64,000 nt of DNA from the NCBI GenBank assembly GCA_035285865.1, contig JAYKHS010000011.1:128172-192171 (forward strand), read 5' to 3'. The stretch's first letter is position 1, and the number at the start of each line of letters is the position of its first letter. The DNA comes from Candidatus Sericytochromatia bacterium (GTDB lineage Bacteria; Cyanobacteriota; Sericytochromatia; S15B-MN24; VGJW01). The translations under genes were made by a program, and so were the position numbers. The notes under the pieces were generated by a model that was not told the origin of the DNA, made no database searches, and was given only the letters and a program-made list of their open reading frames with translations. This document shows positions 12,146 to 23,082 of this stretch, one piece after another.

Positions 12146-14911
12146 TCATCGGACGGGAGCCACGGGCAGAGGCGCGAGGGCCTCGTCGAGGATGGCCCGG
12201 TGCTCCTTCTTGTGCTGCGAGGGACTGCCGGCTGCAGGGCTGGCCGATGCGGGCCGCGCCACGGGCCTCCAGGAGCGCCCGGCAAGGGCGTCGCCAAAGG
12301 CAAGCCTCAACCAAGGCCACGCGCCCATGTTCAAGGGCTCTTCCTGAACCCAGAGCACTTCGGCCTGTCGGGAGGCCTCGGCAAACAGGGCCGCAACCTC
12401 CTGGACAGGGAAGGGATGCAACTGCTCGACACGGATGATGGCGACCTCGTGCATGGCCTTGGCCTCGCGTTCATCCATGAGATCAAAGGCCACCTTGCCC
12501 GTGCAGAGCAGAATTCGGCGAGCCTTGGCAACGGGCACCTGGTCATCGGTCAGCACCCTGCGGAAAGTTCCGCCCGCGAAGTCTGCCACCGTTCCCGTCG
12601 TGCGCCGGTGGCGCAGCAGGCTCTTGGGCGTGAAGACCACAAGCGGCTTGCGCCACGGCCGCAGAACCTGCCGCCGCAGGAGATGGAACAACTGGGCCGC
12701 GGTCGTGGGGTAGGCGACCTGAAGGTTGTCCTGAGCCGAGAGCTGCAGAAAGCGCTCGATGCGCGCGCTCGAGTGCTCGGGTCCCATGCCTTCGTAACCA
12801 TGCGGCAACAGCATCACGAGGCCGTTGAGCAAGCCCCACTTGGCCTCGCCGCTGGTGATGAACTGATCGATATGGACCTGTGCGCAATTCGCGAAGTCTC
12901 CGAACTGGGCCTCCCACGCCACGAGACCGCGAGGAGTCTCCAGCGCATAGCCGTACTCGAAGCCGACCACGCCCATCTCGGACAGCGGACTGTTGTGAAT
13001 GGCGACGGGCCCCTGCGCATCCGCGAGGTGTTGCAGGCTATTGTGGCGCCTGCCATCCCTGACGTCCGTCAGAACGGCGTGACGGTGGCTGAACGTCCCG
13101 CGACCGCAATCCTGGCCCGTCAAGCGCACCGGATGGCCCGCGACGGCCAGACTGGCAAAGGCCATCGCCTCGCCCGCCGCCCAATCTAGGGGCTCATCCC
13201 CGGTCGCCATCCTGCGACGCTGCTCAAGGATGCGCTCCACCTTGGGGTGAGGGGTGAACCCTTCCGGCATGGTGGCCCAGGCCGTCAGGAGCCGCTCCAG
13301 ATCGGTGGAAGCAAGGCTCGTGTCCACATCGGGGGCCTCGGCTTCGGGCCCACCGACCACACCGACCCAGTCACCTTCCGCTTCGTGGACCCCGGGCTTG
13401 CCTTCCGGTGAGCGGGCGAGCGCAAGCTGCCCCTCGAGCGCATCGCGAGCCGCGGTAACCATGCCATCCACCTCGGCTCGCGTCAGCACACCAGCGGCAA
13501 CGAGGGCGTCTCCCTGTGCCACGTGCAGCGGTGCCCGCGCATCGATGGCCGCATACATCGCAGGCTGCGTGAAACGGGGTTCGTCACCCTCGTTGTGTCC
13601 ACGCCGGCGATAACCGACGAGGTCCACCACGACATCCCCCCCGAATCGGGCGCGGTAATCGACGGCCAGAGACAGAACCTGCATGACCGCAGCGGGATCC
13701 TCGGCCGAGACGTGGAATATCGGGGCATCCAGCATCCGGGCGACATCCGTCGCATACTCGCCGGAGCGCGCCTCATGCCAGGAGGTGGTGAATCCGACCT
13801 GATTGTTCACGACGAGATGCAGCGAGCCGCCGGAAGCGTAGGCCGGCAGGCGAGAAAGATTCAGCGTTTCCTGGGCAATGCCTTCACCGATGAAGGCGGC
13901 ATCTCCGTGAATGATGACGGCCATGGCATCCGTACCCCGGTGATCCCGAAGAGCCCGGGCACGCCCCATGGCCACCGGGCCAACGAACTCCAGATGGCTG
14001 GGATTGAAGCAGAGCGAAACCTCGACCGGGTCCGCTCCGGTGACGTCCCACGAGCGATGCCAGCCCAGATGGTACTTGACGTCCGCATGCCCGGGATAAT
14101 CCCCGTCGGTATCCTCGAACTCACGGAAGATACGCGCAGCCGGCTTGCCGGCAATGTGCGTCAGCACGTTGAGGCGTCCACGATGGGCCATGCCGATGAC
14201 CAGATGCCGCGTGCCAGCAAGCCCCGCCCGCTGGATCAGGTGCTCCAGTGCCGGGATGAGAGTTTCGGAACCCTCGAGCGAGAAGCTCTTGGCCCCGAGA
14301 AACTTCTTCTGGATGAAATCCTCGAATACGGCAGCACGCGTCAAGGCATCAAGGACAGACCGCTGACCGGCATTATCGAGCGGGGCCAGAAGGCGTCCAC
14401 GCTCGACCTCACGGACCAGCCATTCTCTGGAGTCCACTGCATCGATATGGCCAACCTGAACCGCCACGCGACCCGCCCATGTCCGGCGAAGCCAATCGAG
14501 GAACGCCTGACCACCGGCGAGCCCGGCAGGAAGGCCGATCCCATCGGGCACGGGACCCGCCATTTCCTCAGGCGAGAGGCCGTGCCAAGCGGGCTCGAGT
14601 TCGGGAACCGGCCCCCGTGGAGTCCCGAGCGGATCCAGCGGAACCGCCCGATGGCCGTGTCGGCGGTAAGCATCCACAAGGCGGACCAATCCCGGACGCG
14701 ACGTCCCCTCGGCAACGCCGCTGCCCCCGAACAACGGGCCCGCAACGGCAGCCGGACCGACACGCGTCGGATGCTCGGCGTGGGCCGCCGCGAAGGTGGC
14801 GCGCCAATCGGGAGCCACGGACTCCGGGTCGGACAGCCAATCGGCGTAGAGACCCTCGACGTAAGCCAGGCTCTGGGGATCAGGAAACGAGTTCGAGTTG
14901 GACACGGTCAT
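12146..14911 (-). CDS. sucA: 2-oxoglutarate dehydrogenase E1
   Basis: [60 protein letters not shown]. Confidence 0.97.
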   Translation of the reverse strand: MTVSNSNSFPDPQSLAYVEGLYADWLSDPESVAPDWRATFAAAHAEHPTRVGPAAVAGPLFGGSGVAEGTSRPGLVRLVDAYRRHGHRAVPLDPLGTPRGPVPELEPAWHGLSPEEMAGPVPDGIGLPAGLAGGQAFLDWLRRTWAGRVAVQVGHIDAVDSREWLVREVERGRLLAPLDNAGQRSVLDALTRAAVFEDFIQKKFLGAKSFSLEGSETLIPALEHLIQRAGLAGTRHLVIGMAHRGRLNVLTHIAGKPAARIFREFEDTDGDYPGHADVKYHLGWHRSWDVTGADPVEVSLCFNPSHLEFVGPVAMGRARALRDHRGTDAMAVIIHGDAAFIGEGIAQETLNLSRLPAYASGGSLHLVVNNQVGFTTSWHEARSGEYATDVARMLDAPIFHVSAEDPAAVMQVLSLAVDYRARFGGDVVVDLVGYRRRGHNEGDEPRFTQPAMYAAIDARAPLHVAQGDALVAAGVLTRAEVDGMVTAARDALEGQLALARSPEGKPGVHEAEGDWVGVVGGPEAEAPDVDTSLASTDLERLLTAWATMPEGFTPHPKVERILEQRRRMATGDEPLDWAAGEAMAFASLAVAGHPVRLTGQDCGRGTFSHRHAVLTDVRDGRRHNSLQHLADAQGPVAIHNSPLSEMGVVGFEYGYALETPRGLVAWEAQFGDFANCAQVHIDQFITSGEAKWGLLNGLVMLLPHGYEGMGPEHSSARIERFLQLSAQDNLQVAYPTTAAQLFHLLRRQVLRPWRKPLVVFTPKSLLRHRRTTGTVADFAGGTFRRVLTDDQVPVAKARRILLCTGKVAFDLMDEREAKAMHEVAIIRVEQLHPFPVQEVAALFAEASRQAEVLWVQEEPLNMGAWPWLRLAFGDALAGRSWRPVARPASASPAAGSPSQHKKEHRAILDEALAPLPVAPVR

Positions 14912-14997
14912 CCGCACCTTCGGGGAGGATGTGACGCCCTATTGTAGCCTGACGGCTTCACACGGGCCATCATGCGCCACGCTGCGAGGGCGACCGC

Positions 14998-17900
14998 TCA
15001 GTCCCCGGCGACCAGAGCAGCTCCCGGTACCGGTGTGGCCACGGAATTCTCGGCGACTACAGTCGCCCTTCGGCCTCGGCCGAGGAGCCTGCCGGTACCT
15101 CCCTTGAGGTCGTCCAGCAAAGTGTAGAAGACGGGCACGACGAGCAAGGTCAGGAACGTCGAAGTGACCAGACCACCAATGACCACCACCGCCATCGGCG
15201 AACGGAACTCGGAACCGGCACCGAGGCCAAGCGCCATCGGGAGCATGCCAAGCACCATCGCGGCCGTGGTCATGAGGATGGGCCGCAACCGAACCTTGGC
15301 TGCCTCGATGACGGCATCCGTGCGCGTGCTCCCCCGCTCCCTCATGGTCAGCGTGAAATCGATGATCAAGATGGCGTTCTTCGTGACGATGCCCATCAGC
15401 ATGATGATGCCGATGAGCGCCATCATGCCGAGATCCTTGCCGAAGACCAGAAGACCGAGAAACGCCCCGATGATCGAAAGCGGCAAAGAGATCATGATGG
15501 TCAGCGGGTGCAGGAACGATCCGAACTGCAAGGCCAGGATGAAGTAGATCAGGATGATGCCCATCAGGATGGCTTGGCCGAATCCCGAGAAGGAATCCTG
15601 CTGCTGCTTGGCCTGACCGTCCATGTCGGCAACTACGGTCGGCGGCAGCTCGAGCTTCGGCAGCAACTCGTTGCGAATCAGATCCGTCGCGGTGCCGACC
15701 GTCGTGCCGGGGACCAGATTGGCCGTCACGTGGACCAGCCGCTGACGATTCTTGTGCTCGATCTGCGAGAATCCGCCACCGAAGGTGACCTCGGCAAGGC
15801 TGGACAACGGCACCGCCCCGCGCGGGGTCGTGACGGAGAGATTGCGAATCCCGTCGAGGTCCCTGCGGTAACGATCCGAGAGGCGCACCCACACATCCAC
15901 CTCATTCGGACCAAACGTGATGGTGCTCGGCGTCTCGCCACTGGTCGCCAGACGCAGCGTGAGCGCCAATTGGGACGCCGTGACGCCGTACTGGGCCATG
16001 CGCTCGCGATCGGGCACGAGGCGAATCTCGGGCTTCTCGTCCCCGAGGGAGGACTCGAGATCCGCGAAGATGGTCTTGTCGGCCATCAGCGCCACGAGCC
16101 TTGAAGAGTACTGACGCAGCTCCTCGAGGTTGTCACCCTGAAGCTGGACGTCCACGGGCTTGTTGTTGCCGGGCACCAGGCTGAACTCATCGGCAAGAAC
16201 CTTGTAGCCCGCCGTGCCCGCGAACTCCTCACGCACCCGCTTCGCCAGCTGGGCATCGGAGATGGACCGCTCCTCCTTGGGCACCATCAGGATGGACAAG
16301 CGGGCATCGTCGACGGTGCCGTAGTTGCCGATGGTCGTCAGCACGTGCGCCACCTCGGGATGTGCTTTGACCTTTGACGCCACGGAATTCGCCACGCGGG
16401 TGGTTTCCGCGAGCGGAGACCCCTTGGGCAACTGGACGCGTAGCAGGAACTCGCCGCGATCGGCGTTGGTCAGGAAGGTCTTCTGGATGAACTGCGTCAG
16501 GCTCAGGCCCCCGAAGAAGGTCACGCCGGCCAGAACCAGCACCAGACCGCGATGTTCGAGGCCCCAGCGGAGCATGTGTCCATAGCTGCGCTCCATGGAG
16601 CTCTCCCCTCCATGAATGCTCTGGTCCTTGGGCGCCACTTTGAGCAGGTACGCCGACATCATGGGTGTAAGGGTCCGTGCGATCAGGAGGGAGAAGGCCA
16701 CGGCAAAGGTCACCGTCAGGCCGAAGCTCTGGAAAAACCTCCCGATGAAGCCGGACATGAACGACATCGGCAGGAAGACACCGATGATCGTCATGGTGGT
16801 CGCCGTGACGGCCAGCTGGATCTCCCCCGTCGCGTTGATCGCGGCGCGGATCGGCTCTTCCCCGAGCTCCATGTGGCGGTAGATGTTCTCGAGATCGACA
16901 ACCGCATCGTCGACGAGAATGCCTACGACGAGCGACAGGGCCAGGGTCGTCAGGTTGTTGAAGGTGAAGCCCATCAGGTACATCGGGATGAACGCGGCGA
17001 TGATCGACAGCGGGATGGCCAGCCCGCTGATCAGCATGGCTGGCACGTTGCGCAGGAACACGTAGAGCACCAGCACCGCCAGGACCGCACCGATGGCCAG
17101 GTGCTCCCAGACGGCCGCATTCGACATCTTCACGAACTTCGTCGTGTCCTGGGCCTTGGTGATCGTCAGGCCTTTGGGCAACGTGTCGCGAAGGGCGGCC
17201 ATGCGGGTATCGAGGGCACCCACCATCTCGACGGCGTTGGCATCCGTCTGCTTGGTCACGGAGAGGATGACGGCCTGGGCACCGTCCACGGAGGCATAAG
17301 TCGTCCGATCCTTGCTGGTCTGCCGGACCGAGCCGAGGTCACGAAGCCGGACCTGCCCGCCCGCAGGCGTATTGACCACCATCCCGGACAGGTCTTCGAC
17401 ATCGGCGAACTTGCCCATCGTCCGAATGTTGTATTGACGCGGAGACCCCTCCACGACGCCTCCGGGCAAGTTGTAGTTCTCGGCCTGGATGGTCTGGAAG
17501 ACGCCCGGCAGCGACAGACCATAGGCCTGCAGGCGCTCCGGCTCGAGCGCCACCTCGACGGCCGGTTCGACGTTGCCCGAGAGCAGGATCTGGGCCACGC
17601 CCGGCACCTGCTCGAGGCGCGGCTTGAGCGTGTCCTTGACCCAGGTGGACAGGGCCATGTCGGACATGCCGGGAGCCGAAACTGCATAGCTGACAATCGG
17701 CGTCGAACTGAAAGAGAAGGTCGAGAAGCTGGGGGGCTTCGCATCCTTGGGCAACTTGTACTGGACGGCGGAAATCTTGTCGCGAATGTCCGAGGCCGCC
17801 TCTTTCGAGGAGGTCCCCAGCTTGAGCGTCACGATGACGGTCGAGAGGCCGTCCTTGGATTGTGAGGACAGCGTATCGAGCCCATTGATGCCGCCCACTG

Positions 17901-18159
17901 CGTCCTCGATGGGCTTGGTCACCAACGTCTCGACCTCGGACGGAGCCGCACCGGGGTAGACGGTGTTGACGACGACGACGGGGAATTCGATGTTCGGGAA
18001 GAGCTCCAGAGGCATCTTCATGAACGAAGCAAGGCCACCGATGACAAGCATCACCATCAGGATGATCGTGGTGACAGGATTCCTGATGAAGAACGTGGAG
18101 AAGTTGAAGCCGGTCGGCTCTTCTCCGACACGGTCGCCTTGCTGGTCGCTCATCGACAT
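14998..18159 (-). CDS. RND efflux transporter permease (AcrB/MdtC family)
   Basis: 1053 aa. YPGAAPSEVE, GILVDDAVVDLENI, GIVTKNAIL, RLRPILMTT. Confidence 0.95.
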   Translation of the reverse strand: MSMSDQQGDRVGEEPTGFNFSTFFIRNPVTTIILMVMLVIGGLASFMKMPLELFPNIEFPVVVVNTVYPGAAPSEVETLVTKPIEDAVGGINGLDTLSSQSKDGLSTVIVTLKLGTSSKEAASDIRDKISAVQYKLPKDAKPPSFSTFSFSSTPIVSYAVSAPGMSDMALSTWVKDTLKPRLEQVPGVAQILLSGNVEPAVEVALEPERLQAYGLSLPGVFQTIQAENYNLPGGVVEGSPRQYNIRTMGKFADVEDLSGMVVNTPAGGQVRLRDLGSVRQTSKDRTTYASVDGAQAVILSVTKQTDANAVEMVGALDTRMAALRDTLPKGLTITKAQDTTKFVKMSNAAVWEHLAIGAVLAVLVLYVFLRNVPAMLISGLAIPLSIIAAFIPMYLMGFTFNNLTTLALSLVVGILVDDAVVDLENIYRHMELGEEPIRAAINATGEIQLAVTATTMTIIGVFLPMSFMSGFIGRFFQSFGLTVTFAVAFSLLIARTLTPMMSAYLLKVAPKDQSIHGGESSMERSYGHMLRWGLEHRGLVLVLAGVTFFGGLSLTQFIQKTFLTNADRGEFLLRVQLPKGSPLAETTRVANSVASKVKAHPEVAHVLTTIGNYGTVDDARLSILMVPKEERSISDAQLAKRVREEFAGTAGYKVLADEFSLVPGNNKPVDVQLQGDNLEELRQYSSRLVALMADKTIFADLESSLGDEKPEIRLVPDRERMAQYGVTASQLALTLRLATSGETPSTITFGPNEVDVWVRLSDRYRRDLDGIRNLSVTTPRGAVPLSSLAEVTFGGGFSQIEHKNRQRLVHVTANLVPGTTVGTATDLIRNELLPKLELPPTVVADMDGQAKQQQDSFSGFGQAILMGIILIYFILALQFGSFLHPLTIMISLPLSIIGAFLGLLVFGKDLGMMALIGIIMLMGIVTKNAILIIDFTLTMRERGSTRTDAVIEAAKVRLRPILMTTAAMVLGMLPMALGLGAGSEFRSPMAVVVIGGLVTSTFLTLLVVPVFYTLLDDLKGGTGRLLGRGRRATVVAENSVATPVPGAALVAGD

Positions 18160-18162
18160 GCT

Positions 18163-19245
18163 CTACCCTCCGGCCTTGATCGTCAGGGAGTCACCATCCT
18201 TGACGAAGGCTGCCCCGTCCGCGACCACCCTTGCCCCTCGAGCGAGGCCCGAAAGCACCTCGACCCGCGCAGCTTCACGAAGGCCGGTGCGCACGGGCGT
18301 GCGGACCGCCCGGCTGCCATCGGCAACATAGACCACCTGTTCCGCGCCGTCGGTCTGCACGGCCGACGTCGGGACGACCAGACCCTGATGCGTGCCCGCC
18401 GCGAGTACACCCACGACGTTCATGCCGACCCGCAGACGCCCGGTGCGTTCCAGCGCGACCTTGGCGGAGATGAGCCGTGATTGCGGATCGACGACCTGGG
18501 CAATGTCCAGGATCCTGCCCCGGAAGACCTCGCCGGGCAGGGCCACGGAGGTTACGGTCACGGGCGCCCCCTCGCGCACCAGAGCAAGGTCGCGCTCCGA
18601 GAAGGCGAGTTTCGCCTGGAAACCGTCTGCCCGAGCGAGCGTGAAGAGTGGCGTGGAAGGGCCGGCCATCGCACCGACCTCCACCTGACGCTGGAGCACG
18701 ATGCCCTCGATGGGGCTGGTGACGACGGCATTCGCCTGCGTTGTCTCGAGCAGGCGGATGGAAGCCCGCGCCTGCCGAACCTGACTGTCGTTGAGCCGGA
18801 CGCTGCCCTCGGCAGAGCGCAGCTGCTGGTCGCTGGCGACGTCCTGCTCCCGCAGCTCCTTGACCCGTCGCAGGTTGTCGCGAGCCAGCTCCAGGTTGGC
18901 CTCGGCCGCAGCAAGGGCACTGCGTCCCTGCTGCAACTGCCAGGCCATTTCCGGAACATCAAGGCGGGCAAGGACCTGACCCTTCCGCACGCGCGCACCC
19001 TCTTCCGCCCCCAGATCGAGCACGCGACCGGAGGACTTGGGGATGATGGTGACCTGCGCCTTGGGGATGACCGTGCCGGACAACTCCAGACGTCGGGACA
19101 TCTGCTCGGTGCGGGCCGCCTCAACGGTCACCGCGACGGGTTTGCGCACGGAAGAGGTCGCCTTGGACGCCGGAGCAGCCCCCTTCTGGCAAGCGACCAA
19201 CACCGTCGCGCACAGGGCAAGGGAAGCGATGGCCACGAGTCTCAC
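18163..19245 (-). CDS. RND periplasmic adaptor (membrane fusion protein), lipoprotein
   Basis: LVAC lipobox, G-R-V...VRKGQVLARLD lipoyl halves, coiled coil, SPIEG, VVPTSAV; located between TolC and RND genes. Confidence 0.93.
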   Translation of the reverse strand: MRLVAIASLALCATVLVACQKGAAPASKATSSVRKPVAVTVEAARTEQMSRRLELSGTVIPKAQVTIIPKSSGRVLDLGAEEGARVRKGQVLARLDVPEMAWQLQQGRSALAAAEANLELARDNLRRVKELREQDVASDQQLRSAEGSVRLNDSQVRQARASIRLLETTQANAVVTSPIEGIVLQRQVEVGAMAGPSTPLFTLARADGFQAKLAFSERDLALVREGAPVTVTSVALPGEVFRGRILDIAQVVDPQSRLISAKVALERTGRLRVGMNVVGVLAAGTHQGLVVPTSAVQTDGAEQVVYVADGSRAVRTPVRTGLREAARVEVLSGLARGARVVADGAAFVKDGDSLTIKAGG

Positions 19246-20714
19246 GGGCGTCCTCCGGTCGAAGCAAGGCCGACGCCCGTCGCCACGAAAGCAACCGGGT
19301 CGAGGCCCAAGGATTGAGCGAGACGCAACTCGGCCGCGAGCGCGTCGTAATGAGCCTGGACGGAGCCGGTCCGCGCCTGGGTCAAGGCCGTCTGGGCGTC
19401 AATGACCTCATAACCGGTCCCGACGCCCGCCTTGAAGCGCACGTCGGACAGACGCTGTGCCTCAGCCGCCACGGCCAGCCCCGATTTCGCGATGCGCACC
19501 CTGTCGCGAGCCTCCTGACGACCCAGCCAGGCCGCCGTGATGTCCGTCGACAGTGCACGCCGCAACTGCGTGAGCTGCAGGTCCGTCTGCACCAGATCAA
19601 GGCGACCGGAGGCCACCTTGGAGGCGTTGCGCCCCCAGTCGACCAGCGGCACTTGAAGAGACGCCGAGACATTGAGCGACCGCCCGGTTGCCAGGCCCAG
19701 CTGCGTGTAACTGGCCGAGCCGATAACCTTGGGATACACGCTGGTCTCGGCGAGCGTGAGGTTGGCTTCGTCCATCCGGCGCTTGGCCATCAGCGTCTGG
19801 ATTTCGGAGCGAAGCTCGACTGCCGGACCCAGATCCCGACCAGGCTCGAACGCAACTTGCGGCAAGACAGGCTGGGCCTCCAACGGACGCTGACCAAGCG
19901 GCTCACCCAGCGCGGTGCCCAGTGCCAGACGCGCCAGCTCGAGACCACCCGAGGCGGCACGAAGCTGGCCCTCCACGGTAGCCAGACGACTCTGGGCCTG
20001 CAGAACCTCGAATCGGGTTCCCGTCCCGGCCCGGAACCTGCGCTCTGCGGATTCGACGTGGCTCTGGGCCTGACGCTGAGCCTGCACCGCGACCTCGAGG
20101 AGAGAGGATGCCCTGAGAACCTGCAGGAAACCGTTTGCCGCATCATATCCGGCCTTGCGCAACTGGGCACGACGGTCCTCTTCGCCCATGGCTACGGAAG
20201 CCTCGGCAAGGCGGAGGCCCGCACTCGTCTGGAAACCGTCGAAGAGTACCTGACTGACGTTGAGTCCCGAGGTCATCAGCATGAACGGAGCGTCGGTCAC
20301 TGCACCGAAACCGCCCAACCCGCCGAGTCCTCCAAGGCCACCCATGCCGAGTCCCCCACCCAGACCACCGGCCCCCACGCCGCCCTGCGCTCCACCCGGA
20401 CCGCCGAGGCCGCCAGCCCCGCCGAATCCGAAACCGCCCAACCCTATGGCATTGCTGTCCACCTGCTTGAACATGAGGCCGGATGCGTTGGCACTGATTT
20501 GAGGATAAAGCCCCGCATAGGTCTGGGTGATCAGCTCCCGGGCCTGAGCCACCTTGGCATCGGCGACAGCGACGGAGAGCGCACGGGCACGCGCGGAGGC
20601 CACAGCCTCCGCCAGCGTCAGCGGGGCGGACGCCGGAGCGGACACCTCGGCACGAACCTCGGCGGCACCAAAGAGCACCAGCAAGCTAGCCAGCAAGGAT
20701 GCCTGACGCGTCAT
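19242..20714 (-). CDS. TolC family outer membrane efflux protein with Gly-rich insertion
   Basis: Signal peptide, LTLAEAV, YPQIS, SQVLFDG, RFRAGTGTRFEVLQAQ and its second repeat RFKAGVGTGYEVIDAQ. Confidence 0.92.
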   Translation of the reverse strand: MTRQASLLASLLVLFGAAEVRAEVSAPASAPLTLAEAVASARARALSVAVADAKVAQARELITQTYAGLYPQISANASGLMFKQVDSNAIGLGGFGFGGAGGLGGPGGAQGGVGAGGLGGGLGMGGLGGLGGLGGFGAVTDAPFMLMTSGLNVSQVLFDGFQTSAGLRLAEASVAMGEEDRRAQLRKAGYDAANGFLQVLRASSLLEVAVQAQRQAQSHVESAERRFRAGTGTRFEVLQAQSRLATVEGQLRAASGGLELARLALGTALGEPLGQRPLEAQPVLPQVAFEPGRDLGPAVELRSEIQTLMAKRRMDEANLTLAETSVYPKVIGSASYTQLGLATGRSLNVSASLQVPLVDWGRNASKVASGRLDLVQTDLQLTQLRRALSTDITAAWLGRQEARDRVRIAKSGLAVAAEAQRLSDVRFKAGVGTGYEVIDAQTALTQARTGSVQAHYDALAAELRLAQSLGLDPVAFVATGVGLASTGGRP

Positions 20715-21781
20715 CGGCCACCCCGGTCCGGTCGGTAGGCGACACCGATCCGATAGTCCTGGACAGCTTCGGAGAGCGCGCTGCTGGCCCCGAAGCGCCG
20801 CATGGCGACGAGTTCGAGATCGAGGGAGGACTGCAAGGGCAAGGCAAGGGTCGCCTGCACGGTGGCCGGCTTGAACTCCGTGACGGCATAGGGCGCAGCG
20901 GGCATGCCGACGGACTGAAGAACGGCGTAGCTCGCACCCGCACGCAGGGTAGCACCGAAGAGCACCGTTCCGGCATCCAGGCCCAAGCCGAGCCCCTGCC
21001 TGTTCTGGCTGAAGTCCATCGCCGTGCCGGTCCAGGGGACGCCGGCATTGCTAGCCTGCGTGTAGAGTCCCGTCCATACGAGCGAGGGTGACCATTCGAA
21101 GGCGGCGTCGCCGAAGACCGGACCCGCGGACAGACTGATGACCGTCTCCTCCACCGAGGGTTGCGGCTCGGGCTGCACGAGCAGACCGCCCACGTTGATC
21201 TTGGTCTTCACCCGGCTGGTCGCGAGACCGACGAGGAACTGGCCGAGGCGGACCTGGCCGCCGGCATCCAACATGTTGAGCGTCGTGCCCGACACGCTGC
21301 GCGCGGGTCGTGCACCTTCTCCATCCCGCAGCACCGTCCACTGCCGCGCCGAAAGACCAAGACCGAGGCGCGTCGGAAAGGCCTGCACAGGCACCTCCTG
21401 CTCGGAGACGACGCCGTCGCGGGCCGGAGTCACGAACGCCGCCTCGTAGACAGGGACAGGCTCGAGCACGATGCGGCGATCACCTGCGGCTTCGACCTCC
21501 CGCGTCACGAAGCCGGGCGCGGAAACCACGAGCACGGCCAGCGGGATGCCGGGAAGGTCCAGCAGGAAGCGCCCCTCGACGTCCGTCACGGCAAGACCGA
21601 CGTGCCCACGGACCGATACCAGCGCAGAGGGAATCGGCCGACCTGCCGGGTCGAGGACCTGCCCCGACAGTTGCTGCCGCGCCGAGGCCGCCGGCGCGGC
21701 AGCAGCGGGAAGAGCCGCCGCAGGCAACGCAACGGCAACCAACGCCAGGCCAAGGCTGCGAAGCACGACTGACAACGCCAT
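20711..21781 (-). CDS. exported protein: carboxypeptidase-regulatory-like (beta-sandwich) domain plus putative outer-membrane beta-barrel
   Basis: Signal peptide; [31 protein letters not shown]-terminal alternating beta-strands ending RIGVAYR. ATG overlaps the upstream TGA. Confidence 0.7.
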   Translation of the reverse strand: MALSVVLRSLGLALVAVALPAAALPAAAAPAASARQQLSGQVLDPAGRPIPSALVSVRGHVGLAVTDVEGRFLLDLPGIPLAVLVVSAPGFVTREVEAAGDRRIVLEPVPVYEAAFVTPARDGVVSEQEVPVQAFPTRLGLGLSARQWTVLRDGEGARPARSVSGTTLNMLDAGGQVRLGQFLVGLATSRVKTKINVGGLLVQPEPQPSVEETVISLSAGPVFGDAAFEWSPSLVWTGLYTQASNAGVPWTGTAMDFSQNRQGLGLGLDAGTVLFGATLRAGASYAVLQSVGMPAAPYAVTEFKPATVQATLALPLQSSLDLELVAMRRFGASSALSEAVQDYRIGVAYRPDRGGR

Positions 21782-22203
21782 CACTGCACCACCCTGACGC
21801 TCACGGAGGCGTCGACGATATCCACGAGGTCGCCGTCGACGACAACCGCCCACTTCAGACGCTCGGCCCGGGTCGGAGCCTGTACCGGCGTGACGGGGAC
21901 GAAGTCGAGTTGCGTGTCCGACAGCCGTGTCAGTGGCGTGGCCAACCCTCCGACGAGCAGCTTGAGACTCCGCGCCCGCGTCCAGCGCTCCGGCAAGGAA
22001 GATGCGCCGTCTGCCTGCAACAGACCACGGGCCGTCGTACCCGAAGCAGCCACGGTGTAGGTGACCGTGACCGTGACCGGCACGGCACCGTCATTGAGGG
22101 TCGCCGTCAGGGGCAGAGGGCTGTCACAGCCTGCCAGCAGCACCGCTGCTGCCAGACACTCTCGAATGCGTAACAAGGCGTGACCTCGACAAGAAGGAAA
22201 CAT
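21781..22203 (-). CDS. hypothetical lipoprotein
   Basis: LLAGC lipobox; stop overlaps the next start (TGATG). Start position uncertain. Confidence 0.6.
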   Translation of the reverse strand: MFPSCRGHALLRIRECLAAAVLLAGCDSPLPLTATLNDGAVPVTVTVTYTVAASGTTARGLLQADGASSLPERWTRARSLKLLVGGLATPLTRLSDTQLDFVPVTPVQAPTRAERLKWAVVVDGDLVDIVDASVSVRVVQ

Positions 22204-22240
22204 CGACCCCCATTGTCGAGAGTCTGTCTAGATTTACAGT

Positions 22241-22269
22241 ACGGTAGCCACTTTGCAGAAAGTTTGCAA
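22241..22269 (-). promoter_or_regulatory. sigma70-like promoter for the lipoprotein-OMP-TolC-MFP-RND operon
   Basis: Minus strand TTGCAA-N17-TACCGT, overlapping a TGCAAA direct repeat with 11-bp period. Confidence 0.45.
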
Positions 22270-22290
22270 CCGCAGCAAAGGGACCCGCTG

Positions 22291-23079
22291 TCAGGTCGCG
22301 AGGTAGCCGGTCGACCGAAGCGTCTCCGTCCGCTGGCGGTCGACCCGCAGATGGCTCAGGAAGGTCCGGGCCCGCTCAGTGGCCGGCTGTTTGAAGAATA
22401 CTGCCGGTGGCGCATCCTCGATGACCCTGCCACCGTCCATGAACACGATGCGATCGGCCACGCGTTCCGCGAAGTGCATCTCGTGCGTGACGACCACCAT
22501 CGTCATGCCCTGGGCCGCAATGGTGTTCATGACTTCGAGGACCTCATGGACCATCTCCGGGTCCAAGGCACTGGTCGGTTCGTCGAAGAGCAGCGCGCGC
22601 GGTTCGAGTGCCAAGGCACGGGCAATCGCGACGCGCTGCTGCTGTCCGCCCGAGAGTTGGGGGGGCCAGGCCTCAGCCTTGTGCCCCATGCCGACGCGCC
22701 CCAGCAGGACGCGGGCACGCTGTTCCGCCTCGGTCCGGCTCGCGCCACGAACCAGCGTCTGGGGCAGCGTCACGTTCTCAAGTACGCTCAGGTGCGGAAA
22801 GAGATGGAATCCCTGAAAGACCATCCCGACCTCCGCACGAAGCGCGGCCAACTCCTTCGCAGAGGCCACAAGCGGCTTGTCGAACAGCGTGATGCTGCCC
22901 TCGTCCACCTCCTCGAGCCGGTTCATGCAGCGCAACAGGGTGCTCTTGCCGGACCCGGAAGGCCCCAGGAGGACCACCTTCTCGCCTGCCTTGATGTCCA
23001 GGTCCACGCCCTGCAGGACCTTGAGTCCACCGAAGGCCTTATGAAGATTGCGACAGGAGATGGCAACGGCAGCAGTCAA
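22291..23079 (-). CDS. polar amino acid ABC transporter ATP-binding protein (GlnQ family)
   Basis: GPSGSGKST, LSGGQQQRVAIARAL, FDEPTSALDPE, VTHEM. Confidence 0.95.
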   Translation of the reverse strand: MTAAVAISCRNLHKAFGGLKVLQGVDLDIKAGEKVVLLGPSGSGKSTLLRCMNRLEEVDEGSITLFDKPLVASAKELAALRAEVGMVFQGFHLFPHLSVLENVTLPQTLVRGASRTEAEQRARVLLGRVGMGHKAEAWPPQLSGGQQQRVAIARALALEPRALLFDEPTSALDPEMVHEVLEVMNTIAAQGMTMVVVTHEMHFAERVADRIVFMDGGRVIEDAPPAVFFKQPATERARTFLSHLRVDRQRTETLRSTGYLAT

Positions 23080-23082
23080 GAT

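Noticed and set aside
22247..22272. c-di-GMP-I riboswitch suggested by GCAAAC...GCAAAG on the minus strand
   Set aside because: Only 5 nt separate the two motifs, leaving no room for the GNRA-capped P2 stem. Better explained as promoter plus direct repeat.
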